Below, piece after piece: positions 61,272-64,000 of a DNA stretch of 64,000 nt; position 1 is the stretch's first letter; each line of letters starts with the position of its first letter. This DNA is from Nitrospirales bacterium (GTDB lineage Bacteria > Nitrospirota > Nitrospiria > Nitrospirales > UBA8639). The notes beneath the pieces were generated by a model. It was not told the origin of the DNA and made no database searches. It saw only the letters and a list, made by a program, of their open reading frames with translations. The position numbers and the translations under genes are program-made. The DNA lies in the NCBI GenBank assembly GCA_965223295.1, contig CBDCWC010000002.1:1504001-1568000 (forward strand), given 5' to 3'.

Positions 61272-64000
61272 ATGACATCTAAACATTACCAAGGTTCTTC
61301 AAGCGGTCGAACCGTTAAGGCCCGAGAGCTTCAATATATTCAACGCCACGCCGATGGCCAGTTACTTGATCACTGTCAAAATGGGCGTCCGGCCTATGTC
61401 CTCCATTCTCCCCACATGGGGAAGTCAAGCCTGATAGCACAAACGGCTGAACAACTTGACGCGACAACGCACCATGCCATTCTTATCGATCTGAGTCAGT
61501 TTCCTCTGCCTCCCCAAGAGGAGGAATGGTTTTCAAAAATTGTCCGTATTCTTGATGATAGCCTCGACCTCACGACCGACCCGATCAGTTGGTGGGACGA
61601 GCACCAAGACCTTCCTCCTCATACACGACTGACACAACTCCTTATCGATATCATTCTCCCGGAAACAACCAGGCCCTTAGTTTTGTTCATTGATGAAATT
61701 GAACGAACGATCCCGCTCCCATTCCGCAAACATTTCTTTGAATGGCTTTCCGCGCTCTATGAATCACGAGAGACTAACTCCACGCTGTATCGGCTTTCTT
61801 TTGTTGTCTGTGGGGTAGCCACCCCAACTCAATTAATTCCTGAAGGCGATTCATCCTTATTCCAATGGAGTCACCATGTGGAGCTCTCAGATTTTACGCT
61901 GGAAGAAACGCTTCCCTTGGCCGAAGGACTTAGCCTTCCAACCGATGCCGCTCGTGAAACCATGCAATGGATTTATCGCTGGACGCATGGACATCCCTAT
62001 CTGACCCAATTACTCTGCCGATTGTTAGAGGAACAGCATCGAACCAGCTGGGTTAAGACAGATGTTGATGAGTGTATTCGGCATTTCCTCGATAGTCCCC
62101 AAGGCCGCCATGAGACGAATATTCAATTCGTTCGCACCTCCTTAACAGAACCAAATACCAACGGAGTCACTCTTCTTGAACCATACTCACAACTCTTGGA
62201 AGGCAAGACCGACACACTTAAAGACAATCCGGAAACCGTAGAACAGCTCCGGTTAGTCGGCGTTCTTCGTGAGGATGACGAAGAAATTTCCATTCGAAAT
62301 CTCATCTACCAGGAAGCCTTTCCCCTTACCTGGGTCAAAGGTCATCTGCAATCATCTCCTGCAAGTACTGCAAGCTCGCCACCAGCTGTTACGCCACCGG
62401 CTCCTGCTCCTCAGCAATCATATGTCCTCGCAGCTAGCCTGCTCTTAGTTGGCATTGGGTTACTGTGGTGGTGGTTCCGTGGCCCTGTTTCATCTCCTCC
62501 GTCAACTCCGACAGAGCAGATCTCCTCCATCCCGAAGAAAACTCAACCGGCTCCATCCGACACGACGGAGAGCCGGGATGTTCCCCAGCAGTCTAAAGCC
62601 CTCCTGGAAGCTCAGGAAAAAATTCAAGAACTTGAAACGACCTTAGCAAGCTACCAACAACTTTCTACAGACGAAGCTCAAAACTTAAAAGACCAACGTG
62701 CACAGTTAGAGACGCAACTTGTCTCTAAAGATGAGGCACTAGCTAAGCTCAAAACCAAAATACAAGAATTGGAGAACGCCCTTGCCGACCAAGAGCATGC
62801 TCATGACAACACAATAGCCGACTTACGGGCCGACCAAGAACACTGGCAAACCAAGGCCACCACAACCGATAAGGAATTACAATCGGCCCTTGAAGAAGTC
62901 AAAACTTTACAAATGGCCGTCCTCAAAAACTCAACATTATCCCCTTCTGAAATTAATACCTTAATGGCCGACCGCTCTCGATTAGAAGCTCAAGTCAAGT
63001 CTGCCAATACGGAACTAGCCCAAGCCCAAGATCGCTCTCGAGAGCTGGACTCGTTACTCACACAACAACAACAATTGGTTGAGAAGACCAAGAAAGAACT
63101 TTCAGAAGAACGGACCCGTTTGAACACCAAAATCAAGGAACTGGAAACCACCGTTCATGATACCCGGCAGGCACTCACGCTGACAGAAGAATCAGCAGAA
63201 CAACATGCGAAGCTGGCTCAAACCGAGCGACAACGACTTCAGCAGGATCGCGCTAAGATAAAGCAACTCTTGGCGGCTAGCCAAGAAGAGTTAGCGGCCA
63301 CAAAAACTCAGAAGACTGATCTTGAAACGACCTTAGCACAAAACGAGCAGTCTATTCAGGAAGAACGCCAAGAACGTACGAAACTCAGCACCGAGCTTCA
63401 AGATCTTCGCTCAAGAGACATGCAAGCAACTAATCGGATCAGCCAACTTGAAACACTCTTGGCTCAAGAACGTGAGTCCGCTAGCAACACCATGACTTCC
63501 GTGCAACAAGAACGCGATCAATTACGTAATCAATTAGCCCAAGCTCAACGGGATCTCAATTCCGCGAAAACTCAAATCGCCACATTAGGAGATCAGCTTT
63601 TGACAGCCGGGGCTCAAGCACTACACAGCAAAAATGCCTTGCAGACAATTCATGCATCTTCCTCTGACCAAGCGCGTCGGACCGAAGAAAAGGTTGCTGA
63701 TTTGGTATCGGCACGTTCCGCCCTTCAAAAACAGATAGAGGAAAGAGAGGCTGACTTAACCCAAGTCAAAGAAGAACGGGATCAATATTCTCAGAAGCTA
63801 CGGGGAACGGAGCAGCAACTGGTCAAAGCTCAAGAACAGATTCAAAGGTTAGAACAATCTTTACAATCGGCCTCCTCTAAAATTGCGCAAGAAAAAGCTC
63901 GACAGGCCGCTTCTTCAACTTCCGGCAATTCTCTGAGTTCTTCTGCTGCGAAGGATATTGTCAACGCAGTTGTCACAATCGCCGACAAACTCACCCAAAC
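61272..64000 (+). CDS. AAA-like (AAA_35-type) NTPase, Pro-rich linker, TM helix and long coiled coil; partial, open at window end, absent from ORF track
   Basis: Manual translation: YIQRHAD...HSPHMGKSS, LVLFIDEIE, GVATP, WTHGHPYLTQ, IRNLIY; TM VLAASLLLVGIGLLWWW; then Q/E/L-rich heptads. Confidence 0.85.
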   Translation, partial: MTSKHYQGSSSGRTVKARELQYIQRHADGQLLDHCQNGRPAYVLHSPHMGKSSLIAQTAEQLDATTHHAILIDLSQFPLPPQEEEWFSKIVRILDDSLDLTTDPISWWDEHQDLPPHTRLTQLLIDIILPETTRPLVLFIDEIERTIPLPFRKHFFEWLSALYESRETNSTLYRLSFVVCGVATPTQLIPEGDSSLFQWSHHVELSDFTLEETLPLAEGLSLPTDAARETMQWIYRWTHGHPYLTQLLCRLLEEQHRTSWVKTDVDECIRHFLDSPQGRHETNIQFVRTSLTEPNTNGVTLLEPYSQLLEGKTDTLKDNPETVEQLRLVGVLREDDEEISIRNLIYQEAFPLTWVKGHLQSSPASTASSPPAVTPPAPAPQQSYVLAASLLLVGIGLLWWWFRGPVSSPPSTPTEQISSIPKKTQPAPSDTTESRDVPQQSKALLEAQEKIQELETTLASYQQLSTDEAQNLKDQRAQLETQLVSKDEALAKLKTKIQELENALADQEHAHDNTIADLRADQEHWQTKATTTDKELQSALEEVKTLQMAVLKNSTLSPSEINTLMADRSRLEAQVKSANTELAQAQDRSRELDSLLTQQQQLVEKTKKELSEERTRLNTKIKELETTVHDTRQALTLTEESAEQHAKLAQTERQRLQQDRAKIKQLLAASQEELAATKTQKTDLETTLAQNEQSIQEERQERTKLSTELQDLRSRDMQATNRISQLETLLAQERESASNTMTSVQQERDQLRNQLAQAQRDLNSAKTQIATLGDQLLTAGAQALHSKNALQTIHASSSDQARRTEEKVADLVSARSALQKQIEEREADLTQVKEERDQYSQKLRGTEQQLVKAQEQIQRLEQSLQSASSKIAQEKARQAASSTSGNSLSSSAAKDIVNAVVTIADKLTQ

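Overview
Bacterial chromosomal window of moderate GC. Gene content and repeat families suggest a Nitrospirota-like organism (inference only). From left to right it holds: the start of a Tad/Flp pilus operon (cpaB partial, cpaA, tadG, tadE, two flp pilins, one missing from the ORF track) behind a c-di-GMP-I riboswitch; a membrane SAM-transferase paired with a His-box membrane protein; a pal-cpoB-like pair with a sigma54 promoter; a diguanylate cyclase; amgK-murU; a PEP-CTERM gene; an oxidative pentose-phosphate cluster (GH15, gnd, zwf, tal-pgi, tkt); ttuBA; deaD; a six-gene probable 2-aminoethylphosphonate lipid operon with no pepM; queF; and degT. Next come two apparently identical IS256 copies sharing an A8 frameshift, tadA and tRNA-Ser(CGA) followed by a collapsed island (serine recombinase and IS3 remnants), uvrB, a vapBC module bracketed by GGGGTCAGACTCGA palindromic repeats, fhs, a secreted EEP nuclease, a CDF transporter, and a long AAA-like/TM/coiled-coil ORF that runs off the window end. 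Two dispersed repeat families (REP-like palindromes and modular MITEs) recur. No CRISPR array or rRNA was seen.
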